NCBI GenBank assembly: GCA_963829055.1 | Contig: CAWHHI010000012.1 | Location: 224,001-288,000, forward strand | Direction of reading: 5' to 3' | DNA from: an uncultured Gemmatimonadaceae bacterium | Lineage (GTDB): Bacteria > Gemmatimonadota > Gemmatimonadetes > Gemmatimonadales > Gemmatimonadaceae | Length of the DNA stretch: 64,000 bases | Shown here: in pieces, positions 9,559 through 18,539 of the stretch | How positions within the stretch are numbered: position 1 is the stretch's first letter | Layout of the letters: the number at the start of each line of letters is the position of its first letter | Made by a program: the position numbers and the translations under genes | The notes under the pieces: model-generated | Database searches by the model: none | Told to the model about the DNA's origin: nothing | The model's input: only the letters and a program-made list of their open reading frames with translations

Positions 9559-9903
9559 TCAGCCGTCTCTGTTGGTGTTGCCCGGACGGGGCGGCCGCGG
9601 AGCGTCCTCGATGTCTTCGGCGCACAAGCGGCGGCCACCGGCGACGTTCACCCAGTCGACCTTGCCGACGATGCCGGCGTCGACGGCGGCGAACGAATTC
9701 TCGAGCGTCAGCGCTGCCTCACGCGACGTGATGAAGTAGACGATCTCGTCGGGCCCCACACCGACGCGGTCGACAGCGACGATCGGCCTGCCAACAGCGA
9801 CTCCGTTGGTCGCGATCGGCTGAATCCATTGCAGCGGGACCGACGTCAACGTGTCCTGCTTGACCGTCGCGACGACGCGACCCACGACCTTGGCGAGTTG
9901 CAC
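9559..9903 (-). CDS. EutN/CcmL family microcompartment vertex protein (BMC-P) with C-terminal tail
   Basis: MQLAKVVGRVVATVK...VAVDRVGVGPDEIV...VDAGIVGKVD pattern. Confidence 0.9.
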   Translation of the reverse strand: MQLAKVVGRVVATVKQDTLTSVPLQWIQPIATNGVAVGRPIVAVDRVGVGPDEIVYFITSREAALTLENSFAAVDAGIVGKVDWVNVAGGRRLCAEDIEDAPRPPRPGNTNRDG

Positions 9904-9934
9904 GCCGCAAAGATACGCCTGTTGCGATCTGGCT

Positions 9935-10708
9935 CTAGGGGGTCCAGACCCCGCGGGCGTCGGAGACGAGCGTTCGGCGCGTCACGAGATCCTTGTTCTC
10001 GAAGAGCTTGATCAGGACAGCGCCGGCTACGAATCCGCCCACGTGTGCCCATACGGCCACGCCGCCGGAGATTTCAGGGCTCACCGGATTGAGCTGCGGG
10101 AGCGCCGTCAGCAGCTGCATCCCGAACCACCAGAGCAGCGCGACCCACGCCGGCAGTGGAATGAACTTGAAGAAGATGATGAAGAAGAAAAAGTATTTCA
10201 CGCGAACGCGCGGATAGAGCACGAGGTAGGCTCCGAGGATCCCTGAGATCGCTCCCGATGCGCCGACAGTCGGCACGGGTGAGGTGGGATCCACGAGTAC
10301 GTGCGTGCCGGCGGCGGCGAGGCCGCAGACGATGTAGAACACGAGAAAACGGAACCGCCCCATGCTGTCTTCGACGTTGTTGCCGAAGACCCAGAAGTAG
10401 ACCGCGTTTCCGAGCAGGTGCCCCCAGCTCGCATGCAGGAACATGGAGATCAGCGGCGTGAACACATTGATCTGGTTGTTGTCGATCGTGCACGCCAATC
10501 CCAAACCGATCGGGACCGCAAAGCCGATAGGCCTGCCATGCGTCAGCTCAGCCGGAACGAGGCCGTAGTCGCATACCGACACCGCGAGCCGATACGCATC
10601 GAGCCCAGCGCCCTGAAACAGGACCCACATTGCCACCGTCACGGCCAGCAGCGCGTAGGTGACGACGGGTGTGCGAATGGTCGGGTTTTCGTCGCTGATC
10701 GGAATCAT
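9935..10708 (-). CDS. Rhomboid family intramembrane serine protease
   Basis: SMFLHASWGHLLGN, VGASGAISG (catalytic Ser), AHVGGF (catalytic His). Confidence 0.9.
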   Translation of the reverse strand: MIPISDENPTIRTPVVTYALLAVTVAMWVLFQGAGLDAYRLAVSVCDYGLVPAELTHGRPIGFAVPIGLGLACTIDNNQINVFTPLISMFLHASWGHLLGNAVYFWVFGNNVEDSMGRFRFLVFYIVCGLAAAGTHVLVDPTSPVPTVGASGAISGILGAYLVLYPRVRVKYFFFFIIFFKFIPLPAWVALLWWFGMQLLTALPQLNPVSPEISGGVAVWAHVGGFVAGAVLIKLFENKDLVTRRTLVSDARGVWTP

Positions 10709-10927
10709 CGCGAGGTCATAGGCGAAGGAACGACGATATGAGCCGAGCCTGGCGTACCGGGTGTCATGGAAGACTGCCAACGACGGGCGGCATCCACTTG
10801 GTATCGCGCACAATGCTGCCAAAGTGACGCGCCTTTCGGGCCCTGACCTTGCTCATTGACCCACCCACGAGCGGGCACACCACGTCGCGCCGCTCGAAAT
10901 GGGTTTTTCATTCCGTGCGAGGGCGCA

Positions 10928-12865
10928 ATGGCAGATAAGGTAATTGGCATTGATCTCGGCACTACGAACTCGGTGGTTGCGGTGATGGAGGGCGGAGACC
11001 CCGTCGTCATCCCGAACTCGGAGGGTGGTCGTACGACGCCGTCGGTCGTCGGCTTTACGAAGGACGGAGAGCGCCTCGTCGGTCAGATCGCCAAGCGACA
11101 GGCCGTCACGAATCCGCAGAACACGGTGTTCTCGATCAAGCGATTCATGGGGCGGAAGATTGGCGAGGTGGCGGACGAGATCAAACGCGTCCCGTACAAA
11201 GTGCTGTCCGGCGGAAACGACGTCGCAAACGTCGAGGTCCAGGGCAAGCGGTATTCGCCGCCCGAGGTCTCGGCGATGATCCTGCAAAAGATGAAGCAGA
11301 CCGCCGAGGATTACCTCGGACACTCGGTCTCGAAGGCAGTGATCACGGTGCCGGCGTACTTCAATGACTCGCAGCGTCAGGCAACGAAGGACGCTGGCAA
11401 GATCGCGGGCCTCGATGTGCTTCGTATCATCAACGAGCCGACGGCTGCGGCACTGGCCTACGGCCTGGATAAGAAAAAGGATGAGAAGGTCGCCGTATTT
11501 GATCTTGGCGGCGGCACTTACGATATATCAGTTCTAGAACTTTATGATGTCGAAGGATCCCGGCAGTTCGAAGTGAAGTCGACGAACGGTGATACGCACC
11601 TGGGCGGCGACGACTTCGACCAGCGGGTCATTGACTGGCTCGTGAGCGAGTTCAAGCGTGATCAGGGCATCGACCTCTCGAAGGACCCGATGGCGCTCCA
11701 GCGCCTCAAGGAGGCTGGCGAGAAGGCGAAGATGGAGCTCTCCTCCACGCAGCAGACCGACATCAACCTGCCGTTCATCACGGCGGATCAGTCCGGACCG
11801 AAGCACCTCAACTATTCGCTCTCCCGGGCGAAGTTCGAGCAGCTGGTCGACGACCTGATCCAGCGCACCATCCCGCCGATGAAGCAGGCACTCAAGGATG
11901 CGGGCCTCGAGCCGAAGGACATTGACGAGGTCCTCCTCGTCGGCGGCTCGACGCGCATTCCGAAGATCCAGGCGATCGTCAAGGAGTTTTTCGGCAAGGA
12001 GCCCAACAAGGGCGTGAACCCGGACGAAGTCGTGGCCATTGGTGCCGCGGTTCAGGGTGCCGTTTTGACGGGCGAGCAGAAGGACGTTCTGCTCCTCGAC
12101 GTAACGCCGCTGTCGCTCGGCATCGAGACGCTCGGTGGTGTCACGACCGTGCTCATTCCGCGGAACACGACGATTCCGACGAAGAAGTCGGAGGTGTTCT
12201 CTACCGCCGATGACAATCAGACGACCGTCGAGATCCACGTACTCCAGGGCGAGCGCGAGCTCGCGACGTACAACAAGACGATCGGCAAATTCCAGCTCAC
12301 CGGAATTCCACCCGCCCCGCGCGGCATGCCGCAGGTCGAGGTCACGTTCGACATTGACGCGAACGGCATTCTGCACGTGACGGCGAAGGACAAGGCGACT
12401 GGCAAGGAGCAGAAGATTCGCGTCGAGGCGTCCAGCGGTTTGTCGGACAGCGAGATCAAGCGAATGGTCGATGACGCCGAGAAGAACGCGGCGGCCGACA
12501 AGACGCGCCGCGAGGAGATCGACACGCGCAACCGCCTCGACAGCCTGACGTACGAAGTCGAGAAGAACTCGAAGGAATGGTCGGATCGCCTGTCGCCGGA
12601 GCTCAAGACTCGTCTCGACGGCGCCGTCGAGCGGGCTCGCAAGGCGCTCCGCGGCGACGATATGGCCGAGATCCGCGCGGCACAGGAAGAGCTGACCGCG
12701 GCGTTCCAGGAGGCTGGGCGGTCGTTCTACGCACAGCAGCAAGAGTCGTCGCCACCGCCAGGCGCTGAGCCAACGGGCGAGCCCACCGCGGGCGCGACGT
12801 CGCAGCAGAAAGCCGACGATGTAGTCGAAGCCGACTACGAGATCGTCGACGAAGGCAAGAAGTAG
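10928..12865 (+). CDS. dnaK: Molecular chaperone DnaK
   Basis: [30 protein letters not shown], acidic DADYE-type tail. Confidence 0.98.
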   Translation: MADKVIGIDLGTTNSVVAVMEGGDPVVIPNSEGGRTTPSVVGFTKDGERLVGQIAKRQAVTNPQNTVFSIKRFMGRKIGEVADEIKRVPYKVLSGGNDVANVEVQGKRYSPPEVSAMILQKMKQTAEDYLGHSVSKAVITVPAYFNDSQRQATKDAGKIAGLDVLRIINEPTAAALAYGLDKKKDEKVAVFDLGGGTYDISVLELYDVEGSRQFEVKSTNGDTHLGGDDFDQRVIDWLVSEFKRDQGIDLSKDPMALQRLKEAGEKAKMELSSTQQTDINLPFITADQSGPKHLNYSLSRAKFEQLVDDLIQRTIPPMKQALKDAGLEPKDIDEVLLVGGSTRIPKIQAIVKEFFGKEPNKGVNPDEVVAIGAAVQGAVLTGEQKDVLLLDVTPLSLGIETLGGVTTVLIPRNTTIPTKKSEVFSTADDNQTTVEIHVLQGERELATYNKTIGKFQLTGIPPAPRGMPQVEVTFDIDANGILHVTAKDKATGKEQKIRVEASSGLSDSEIKRMVDDAEKNAAADKTRREEIDTRNRLDSLTYEVEKNSKEWSDRLSPELKTRLDGAVERARKALRGDDMAEIRAAQEELTAAFQEAGRSFYAQQQESSPPPGAEPTGEPTAGATSQQKADDVVEADYEIVDEGKK

Positions 12866-13000
12866 CGAAGTAGTTACCGAACATTCAGCTTGACGCGTCC
12901 AGCTTACACAGTCACCAGTCCGGACGCGGCAATCATGCTCGAGCAAAGCGTGGGGCCGGGCAGCTTCGCCGGCCCCCGCATTGCATCAACGGCTTCGACC

Positions 13001-13119
13001 GGAAACTCTTCGACAGGTGTCGGTGTCCTACGGAAGGCAGGCGCCTTCGCGGCATGGCTTTTCCGCAAGACTAGCCTCGACGGCGAGCGTACCGAACCTC
13101 TACATTCCGATCAGTCAAG
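13001..13119 (+). promoter_or_regulatory. Candidate ECF-sigma promoter(s) for degP
   Basis: GGAAAC(13001)...TGTC and GAACCT(13094)-N15-TCAAG; resembles sigmaE-type sites typical of htrA genes. Confidence 0.25.
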
Positions 13120-13135
13120 CAAGGATCAAAGGCCT

Positions 13136-14695
13136 ATGTCGTCTCGCACTCTTGCACGCGCGCGATTCGGTGCTGCCGTGGCGATCGCTTTCGCTGCCGG
13201 TATCATGTTCGCGTCCGGTTTCGACCTCACCCGCTTCGGGTATGCGCAGTCGCGCACCGTCGCCGCGAAACCGACGGTTCAGGAAGTCAAGTCCATCTCC
13301 GACGCCAGCAACGCGTTCGTCTCGATTGCCGAGCACGTAACGCCTGCCGTGGTGTCGATTCAGGCGGAGCGCGATGCGCGCACACGCACGCAGCGTTCGC
13401 CGCGACGCAACGCGCCGCCCGGCCTCGAGGATTTCTTCCAGCAGTTCGATCCGCGCCAGCAGCAGGCGCAGGAAGCCAGTGGCTCGGGCTTCATTGTGTC
13501 GAAGGATGGCTACATCCTCACGAACAACCACGTGGTCGAGAACTTCGACCGGCTGAACGTGACGTTGACCGACCACCGCGTCTTCAAGGCGAAGGTCGTC
13601 GGACGCGATCCGAGCACCGACGTCGCCGTCATCAAGATCGAGGGCAAGGATCTCCCGACCGCGACGTTAGGCAACGATGACGGCACGCGCGTCGGCGAAT
13701 GGGTTCTCGCGATCGGCAATCCGCTCGGCTTCGACTTCACCGTGACGGCCGGCATTGTGAGCGCGAAGGGCCGTGGTGGCGCGGAGCTCCAGGGCCTGAG
13801 CCGCGATGCGTACTCGATCACCGACTTCATTCAGACCGACGCGGCCATCAACCCGGGCAACTCCGGCGGACCGCTGGTCAACAATCGAGGCGAGGTGATC
13901 GGCATGAACAGCGCGATCGCGAGCCAGACCGGCTACTACTCCGGCTATGGGTTCGCGATTCCGATCACGCTCGCGAAGCAGGTCATGGACGACATCGTCG
14001 AGCACGGCGAGGTGCGACGCGCGGTGATCGGCGTCCAGATCTCGGCGGTGAGTCAGGAAGACGCCACGGTGGCGGGCCTCAAGGACATTTCTGGCGTGCT
14101 CGTTGGCGGGTACAGCGACGACAACAGCCCGGCGCGCGCCGCCGGCCTCGAGGCCGGCGACGTCATCATCGCCGCCGATGGCAAGCCGACTGATCGCGTG
14201 AGCACGCTGCAGCGCATCATCCGCAGCCACGAGCCGGGCGAGACCGTGACGCTCGACGTCATGCGCTACGGCACGAAGAAGACGTTCCGCGTGAAGCTCG
14301 GAAAGGCTCCGACGGAAGCGCAGGTCGCTTCGCGTGACGCTGACGGCGATTCCGCCGCTCCGGTACGCGGCATTTCCTACGACAAGCTCGGCGTGACCGT
14401 CGAGGCGCTGACACCGGAGTTCCAGCGTGCAAAGCGGCTGAACAGCGATCGGCAAGGTGTTCGAGTGGTTGACATTGACGCGGCTGGAGCTGCCCGTGGA
14501 CGGCTCTTCCCGAATGACGTGATCACCGCGGTGCTGTACCCCGCGCCGCGCAAAGACGTCCGAACGGTCGAAGACCTGCAGTCGGTGCTCTCGCGCGCGA
14601 AGGACGGCGACATCGTGAGTCTGCAGGTGTTCAACCCGGACGCCCAGCAGGCCGCGACGCGAGTGGTTAACATCAAGGTCGGCAGCAACAAGTAA
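13136..14695 (+). CDS. degP: DegP/HtrA (Do family) serine protease with two PDZ domains
   Basis: GSGFIV, TNNHVV, DVAV, QTDAAINPGNSGGPL; N-terminal signal/TM segment. Confidence 0.9.
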   Translation: MSSRTLARARFGAAVAIAFAAGIMFASGFDLTRFGYAQSRTVAAKPTVQEVKSISDASNAFVSIAEHVTPAVVSIQAERDARTRTQRSPRRNAPPGLEDFFQQFDPRQQQAQEASGSGFIVSKDGYILTNNHVVENFDRLNVTLTDHRVFKAKVVGRDPSTDVAVIKIEGKDLPTATLGNDDGTRVGEWVLAIGNPLGFDFTVTAGIVSAKGRGGAELQGLSRDAYSITDFIQTDAAINPGNSGGPLVNNRGEVIGMNSAIASQTGYYSGYGFAIPITLAKQVMDDIVEHGEVRRAVIGVQISAVSQEDATVAGLKDISGVLVGGYSDDNSPARAAGLEAGDVIIAADGKPTDRVSTLQRIIRSHEPGETVTLDVMRYGTKKTFRVKLGKAPTEAQVASRDADGDSAAPVRGISYDKLGVTVEALTPEFQRAKRLNSDRQGVRVVDIDAAGAARGRLFPNDVITAVLYPAPRKDVRTVEDLQSVLSRAKDGDIVSLQVFNPDAQQAATRVVNIKVGSNK

Positions 14696-14713
14696 GTTTT
14701 CGGGTCGATCGAG

Positions 14714-14746
14714 CAAACGGGGCGATCGCACTGATCGCCCCGTTTG
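14714..14746. terminator. Intrinsic terminator hairpin after degP
   Basis: CAAACGGGGCGATC-GCACT-GATCGCCCCGTTTG, 14-bp perfect stem. Confidence 0.8.
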
Positions 14747-14759
14747 ACGTTTCAACCCT

Positions 14760-14841
14760 GCGGAAGTGGCGGAATTGGTAGACGCGCTGGACTTAGGATC
14801 CAGTGGGGCAACCCGTCCGGGTTCGAGTCCCGGCTTTCGCA
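14760..14841 (+). tRNA. tRNA-Leu, anticodon TAG (CCA not encoded)
   Basis: Acceptor GCGGAAG/CTTTCGC, D-loop GGAATTGGTAGAC, anticodon arm CTGGA-CTTAGGA-TCCAG, long variable arm GGGCAACCC, T-loop GTTCGAG. Confidence 0.96.
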
Positions 14842-15115
14842 TCGTCAGACAGCGTAACCGGTCGTTAGGCATCCCGCGCGCCGACGCCTGCGCCGGTTGA
14901 GGCAGGCCGATGGGTTAGATGGTCGAGCAGGTTGTGATGAGCTCGCACGTCGGGCCAATGTTCAGATCGCAATCGCACGCCTCGTGACCCTGCGAGCCCG
15001 GATGCATCAGAACGCCTCCGGCCGAGTCCAGCCCGAGTGACACGCCCTGACGTGGACGCGGTGCGGACGCCATCTTACTGAGCGCGTTACGAAGGCAAGT
15101 TGGAAGGAGGTGCAC

Positions 15116-15295
15116 ATGCATTGTATTCGCATACTCGGTCGCGAATTCGTCCGATCCGATGAAGGGATCGCCGTTACCGAGTACGGGCTCCTGGTAGCCC
15201 TGGTCGCCGTTCTGCTCATTGGCGTGGTAACGCTCTTCGGCTCGAGCATTCGGAGCTGGTTCGCCGATAAGACATCGCAGATCACGACGGTCTAG
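15116..15295 (+). CDS. Flp family type IVb pilin, copy 1 (59 aa)
   Basis: GGAGG RBS; leader, G|IAVTEY motif, hydrophobic helix. Confidence 0.9.
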   Translation: MHCIRILGREFVRSDEGIAVTEYGLLVALVAVLLIGVVTLFGSSIRSWFADKTSQITTV

Positions 15296-15312
15296 CTTCG
15301 CGGGGGTGGTGT

Positions 15313-15348
15313 CGGGCGCTTGGGCCGATCCGGCTCGAGCGCCCGTTT
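15313..15348 (+). terminator. Hairpin after pilin 1
   Basis: CGGGCGCTTGGGCCG-ATC-CGGCTCGAGCGCCCG (two G-U pairs) followed by TTT. Confidence 0.7.
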
Positions 15349-15727
15349 GCGTCTCGGTACGCGGGCCGGACCTCGATCACCAGCTGCTCGTTAGGTACGC
15401 CGCTGCACAGCGCGTCGATCTTGCTCCTGCGCCGGCTTGCATTGCACGAGGCGCCAGTGTGTGTCGCAGCCTGGCGACAATCGTCGGGCGGCCGCAGCAC
15501 GACCGCGGCGTAACATCCGCGGTTGCGTGCGAATCCGCGGGCATAACGAGCGCGCACACAGTCCCCCGCCGTTCGGAACGCCGCGTGCCTTATCGCAGGG
15601 CGTCGCCGCGATCGGGCCGAATCATGAACGAACTGTCATGAACCCGTAACACTTTCCCGGGTTACAGACCCGCCCGGAATAGCTATCCTGCCTGCTGAGT
15701 GAGTGACCCCTAATATTGGAGATCCCA

Positions 15728-15907
15728 ATGAACCGCATTCGCACCGCTGTCCGGAACTTCGCGCAGGCAGATGAGGGCATCGCCGTCACGGAATACGGGT
15801 TGCTCGTCGCCCTGGTGGCCGTCCTGCTGATCGGCGTCGTCACGGTGTTCGGCTCGAGCATCAAGAGCTGGTTCGCCGCTCGTACGAGCCAGATCACCAC
15901 CGTCTAG
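15728..15907 (+). CDS. Flp family type IVb pilin, copy 2 (59 aa)
   Basis: GGAG RBS; DEG|IAVTEYGLLVALVAVLLIG. Confidence 0.9.
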   Translation: MNRIRTAVRNFAQADEGIAVTEYGLLVALVAVLLIGVVTVFGSSIKSWFAARTSQITTV

Positions 15908-15940
15908 CCGCGAATGGACTCGAACCGCGACGGAGTGACG

Positions 15941-16120
15941 GTGGATCGACTTCGTACACATGCCGTCCGGTTCGCGCTCGATGACGACGGTATCGCGGTT
16001 ACGGAGTACGGGCTGTTGGTGGCCCTGGTGGCCGTGCTGCTGATCGGGGTGGTCACGATTTTCGCTTCCAGCATCAAGAGCTGGTTCGCGGATCGGACGA
16101 GCCAGATCACGACCGTTTAG
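15941..16120 (+). CDS. Flp family type IVb pilin, copy 3 (59 aa)
   Basis: GGAG RBS then GTG; DDG|IAVTEYGLLVALVAVLLIG. Confidence 0.88.
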   Translation: MDRLRTHAVRFALDDDGIAVTEYGLLVALVAVLLIGVVTIFASSIKSWFADRTSQITTV

Positions 16121-16139
16121 ACTCCGGTGGGAGTGGGTT

Positions 16140-16172
16140 GGGGCGCTCGGGCCGATTCGGCCCGAGCGCCCC
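16140..16172. terminator. Hairpin after pilin 3, between convergent genes
   Basis: Perfect 15-bp stem GGGGCGCTCGGGCCG-ATT-CGGCCCGAGCGCCCC. Confidence 0.75.
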
Positions 16173-16211
16173 GCTCGCATCCCGGTACGCGAGACCGAGC
16201 GCCGGCGGCGC

Positions 16212-17789
16212 CTACCACAGACTGTTCCGGCTTCGCGTCGTGGTACGCCGCCGCGGCAGCAACGCGCCCATGATCCCGCGCGCAACTACGGCGGCCACCG
16301 TTCGCGTAAGCGGTGAGTTCACGACCTTCTCGAATGCGCTCGGCTCTGGCTTGGGCGTCCGCCCACCCGTGCGTGCGGCGGGCGGAGCGCCGGGAGGTTG
16401 GGCTCCCCCATCAGTCGCGCCCGCAGCGGCCTGCGCCGCTCCTCCGGCAATCCGCTTCGCGAGCAGCTCGCGCGCGCTCTCGCGATCGATGGGCGTCGCA
16501 TACTCCTTGACCTGCGCGGACGACGACAGGCGCTGTGACATTTCACTGTCGGTCAGCGGACCCATTCGGCCAGCGGGCGGAACCAGTCGAGTCGCGAACG
16601 GTTGCGTCGGTGCCCCGTTAGGTGACAGCACCGTCACGAACGCGTCGCCGATGCCTAACGTCGTCAACGTCTCCTCGATGTCGTAGAACGACGTCTTGGG
16701 AAACGTGCGCGCGGCCGCCTTGAGCGCTTTGTCGTCATCCGCCGTGAACGCACGCAACGCGTGCTGCACGCGGTTGCCCAGCTGCGCGAGCACGTCCCCC
16801 GGGATGTCCTTTGGGCTCTGCGTAATGAAGAAGATGCCGACGCCCTTCGAGCGGATGAGGCGCACGACCTTCTCGACTTCGTCGAGCAGGGCCTTCGTCG
16901 CGCCGTCGAACAGCAGATGCGCCTCGTCGAAGAAGAACACGAGCTTGGGCTTGTCGATATCGCCCACTTCCGGCAGGTGGTTGTAGAGCGACGCGAGCAT
17001 CCACAGCATGAACGTCGAGAACAGCGCCGGTTTGTCCTGCACGTCGCTCAACTCGAGAATACTGACGAGACCGCGGCCGTCGCGCTCCGTCTGCATGAGG
17101 TCATCGATCTCGAACTCCGGCTCGCCGAAGAACGCCTCGGCTCCCTGCTGCTCGAGCTCCACCATCTCGCGCAGCAGCACGCCCACAGTTTGTTTGGACA
17201 TGCCGCCGTAGTCCTTGAGCTCCGCTGCCCCGTCCCCCGCGAGGTACTGCAGGACCGCGCGAAGGTCGGAGAAGTCGAGGAGCGCGAGGCCCTTGTCGTC
17301 GCAGTACTTGAAGACGAGGCTCAGGACGCTCGTCTGCGTGTCGTTGAGCCCGAGGACCTTGGAGAGCAGCAGCGGTCCGAACGACGAAACCGTCGCGCGA
17401 AGCTGCGCGCCTTTCTTTCCGGTGAGACTCAGGAACTCCACGGGAAACGCGGCCGGATTCCACTCGAAGCCGGTATCCTTGAGGCGCTGTGTGATTCGAT
17501 CGTTAGGCACGCCGGGAGCGCCGACGCCGGACAGGTCGCCTTTCACATCGGACAGGAACACGGGCACACCGGCGCGCGACAGTTGTTCGGCGACCAGCTG
17601 CAACGTTCGCGTCTTCCCGGTTCCGGTGGCGCCCGCGATGAGACCGTGGCGGTTGAGCATCGCGAGCGGCATCTGGACGATCGGCTCCGGATGACACTCG
17701 GCACCGTCGAGTACCGCGCCCAATGTGATGGCGCCGCTCCCCGCGCTCGCGTATGCCTTTCTCGCTGCCTCGATGATCTCCGCCCGCAT
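16212..17789 (-). CDS. HerA-like P-loop ATPase (YjgR/DUF853 family)
   Basis: NRHGLIAGATGTGKT, DVKGDLSG, FFFDEAHLLF, RLIRSKGVG, QLGNRVQHALRAF. Confidence 0.88.
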   Translation of the reverse strand: MRAEIIEAARKAYASAGSGAITLGAVLDGAECHPEPIVQMPLAMLNRHGLIAGATGTGKTRTLQLVAEQLSRAGVPVFLSDVKGDLSGVGAPGVPNDRITQRLKDTGFEWNPAAFPVEFLSLTGKKGAQLRATVSSFGPLLLSKVLGLNDTQTSVLSLVFKYCDDKGLALLDFSDLRAVLQYLAGDGAAELKDYGGMSKQTVGVLLREMVELEQQGAEAFFGEPEFEIDDLMQTERDGRGLVSILELSDVQDKPALFSTFMLWMLASLYNHLPEVGDIDKPKLVFFFDEAHLLFDGATKALLDEVEKVVRLIRSKGVGIFFITQSPKDIPGDVLAQLGNRVQHALRAFTADDDKALKAAARTFPKTSFYDIEETLTTLGIGDAFVTVLSPNGAPTQPFATRLVPPAGRMGPLTDSEMSQRLSSSAQVKEYATPIDRESARELLAKRIAGGAAQAAAGATDGGAQPPGAPPAARTGGRTPKPEPSAFEKVVNSPLTRTVAAVVARGIMGALLPRRRTTTRSRNSLW

Positions 17790-17944
17790 CCACTGGACTC
17801 CGTTTCGTGGTGCGCACACTCTAGCACTGGTGCGCCACGACCGGGAGATGCGGCGCGGTCGAACCGGCACTAGATTCGAAATCGGCGTCGCGCGCGGCGC
17901 GATCCTTCCGCCGTCGCCCGAGGAATTTCAGGACCCGAGGCCAT

Positions 17945-18404
17945 ATGCGACCACTTCTGTCGATCCTTCTCGCCCTGCCGCTTGGCGCCTGCTACCGCTA
18001 CCAGCCCATTGATTCCTGCCGCTGGCGCTATCGGGCAGGAAGTGAACATTGAACTCAGCGATCGCGGCACGGTTTCGATGAGCCAGGCGTTGGGACCTAG
18101 CGTCACGGTAGTCGAAGGCACACTGCGCTCCGCTGACTCGGCTGCGGTTACGGTGTCGCTGTCCAAGGTGTTCCGGCGTGGCGATCGCGAGCCGACGGAC
18201 TATATCGGAGAGACAGTCACGTTCCAGCCTGGAGACATCCGCGCCGTGTCCGTGCGCCAGCTCTCCCGTTCACGAACGGTGTTGTTCGCCGGCGGGACGG
18301 CTGCGATCGCCGTCGCTGCGGCCGCGGCGATCGTCAACGCGAACGGCCAGGCCCAGGGCGACGGACCCATCAAACCCACGCCCGCCACGTCGCGATCGCC
18401 CTGA
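17945..18404 (+). CDS. Hypothetical lipoprotein (apparent frameshift near 18010)
   Basis: ATG 17945 gives MRPLLSILLALPLGA|C (lipobox); the body continues in ORF 17982..18404 with a C-terminal hydrophobic helix. Confidence 0.65.
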
Positions 18405-18539
18405 CCTTCGGCGACTCGGAGCGTTCGCGGACGCATTACGAACCGAGGTTCAAGCCGCGACCATACTCTCGATGCACGATGCGAACGGGGCGGCCCAGCT
18501 GGGCCGCCCCGTCGTATCAGGACTGATCGTGGTCTTCAC

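Noticed and set aside
10740..10927. CIRCE or sigma54 promoter upstream of dnaK
   Set aside because: No TTAGCACTC-N9-GAGTGCTAA; GGCATCCACTTGG has the wrong spacing and lacks the -12 GC. A CTGCCAA pair (10774, 10816) was noted but is too weak to call
11534..12946. 470-aa ORF antisense to dnaK
   Set aside because: Long antisense ORFs opposite dnaK are a well-known shadow of codon bias; no independent support
14760..16200. Genomic island or prophage integrated at tRNA-Leu
   Set aside because: No integrase, no duplicated tRNA 3' end seen, and no compositional shift
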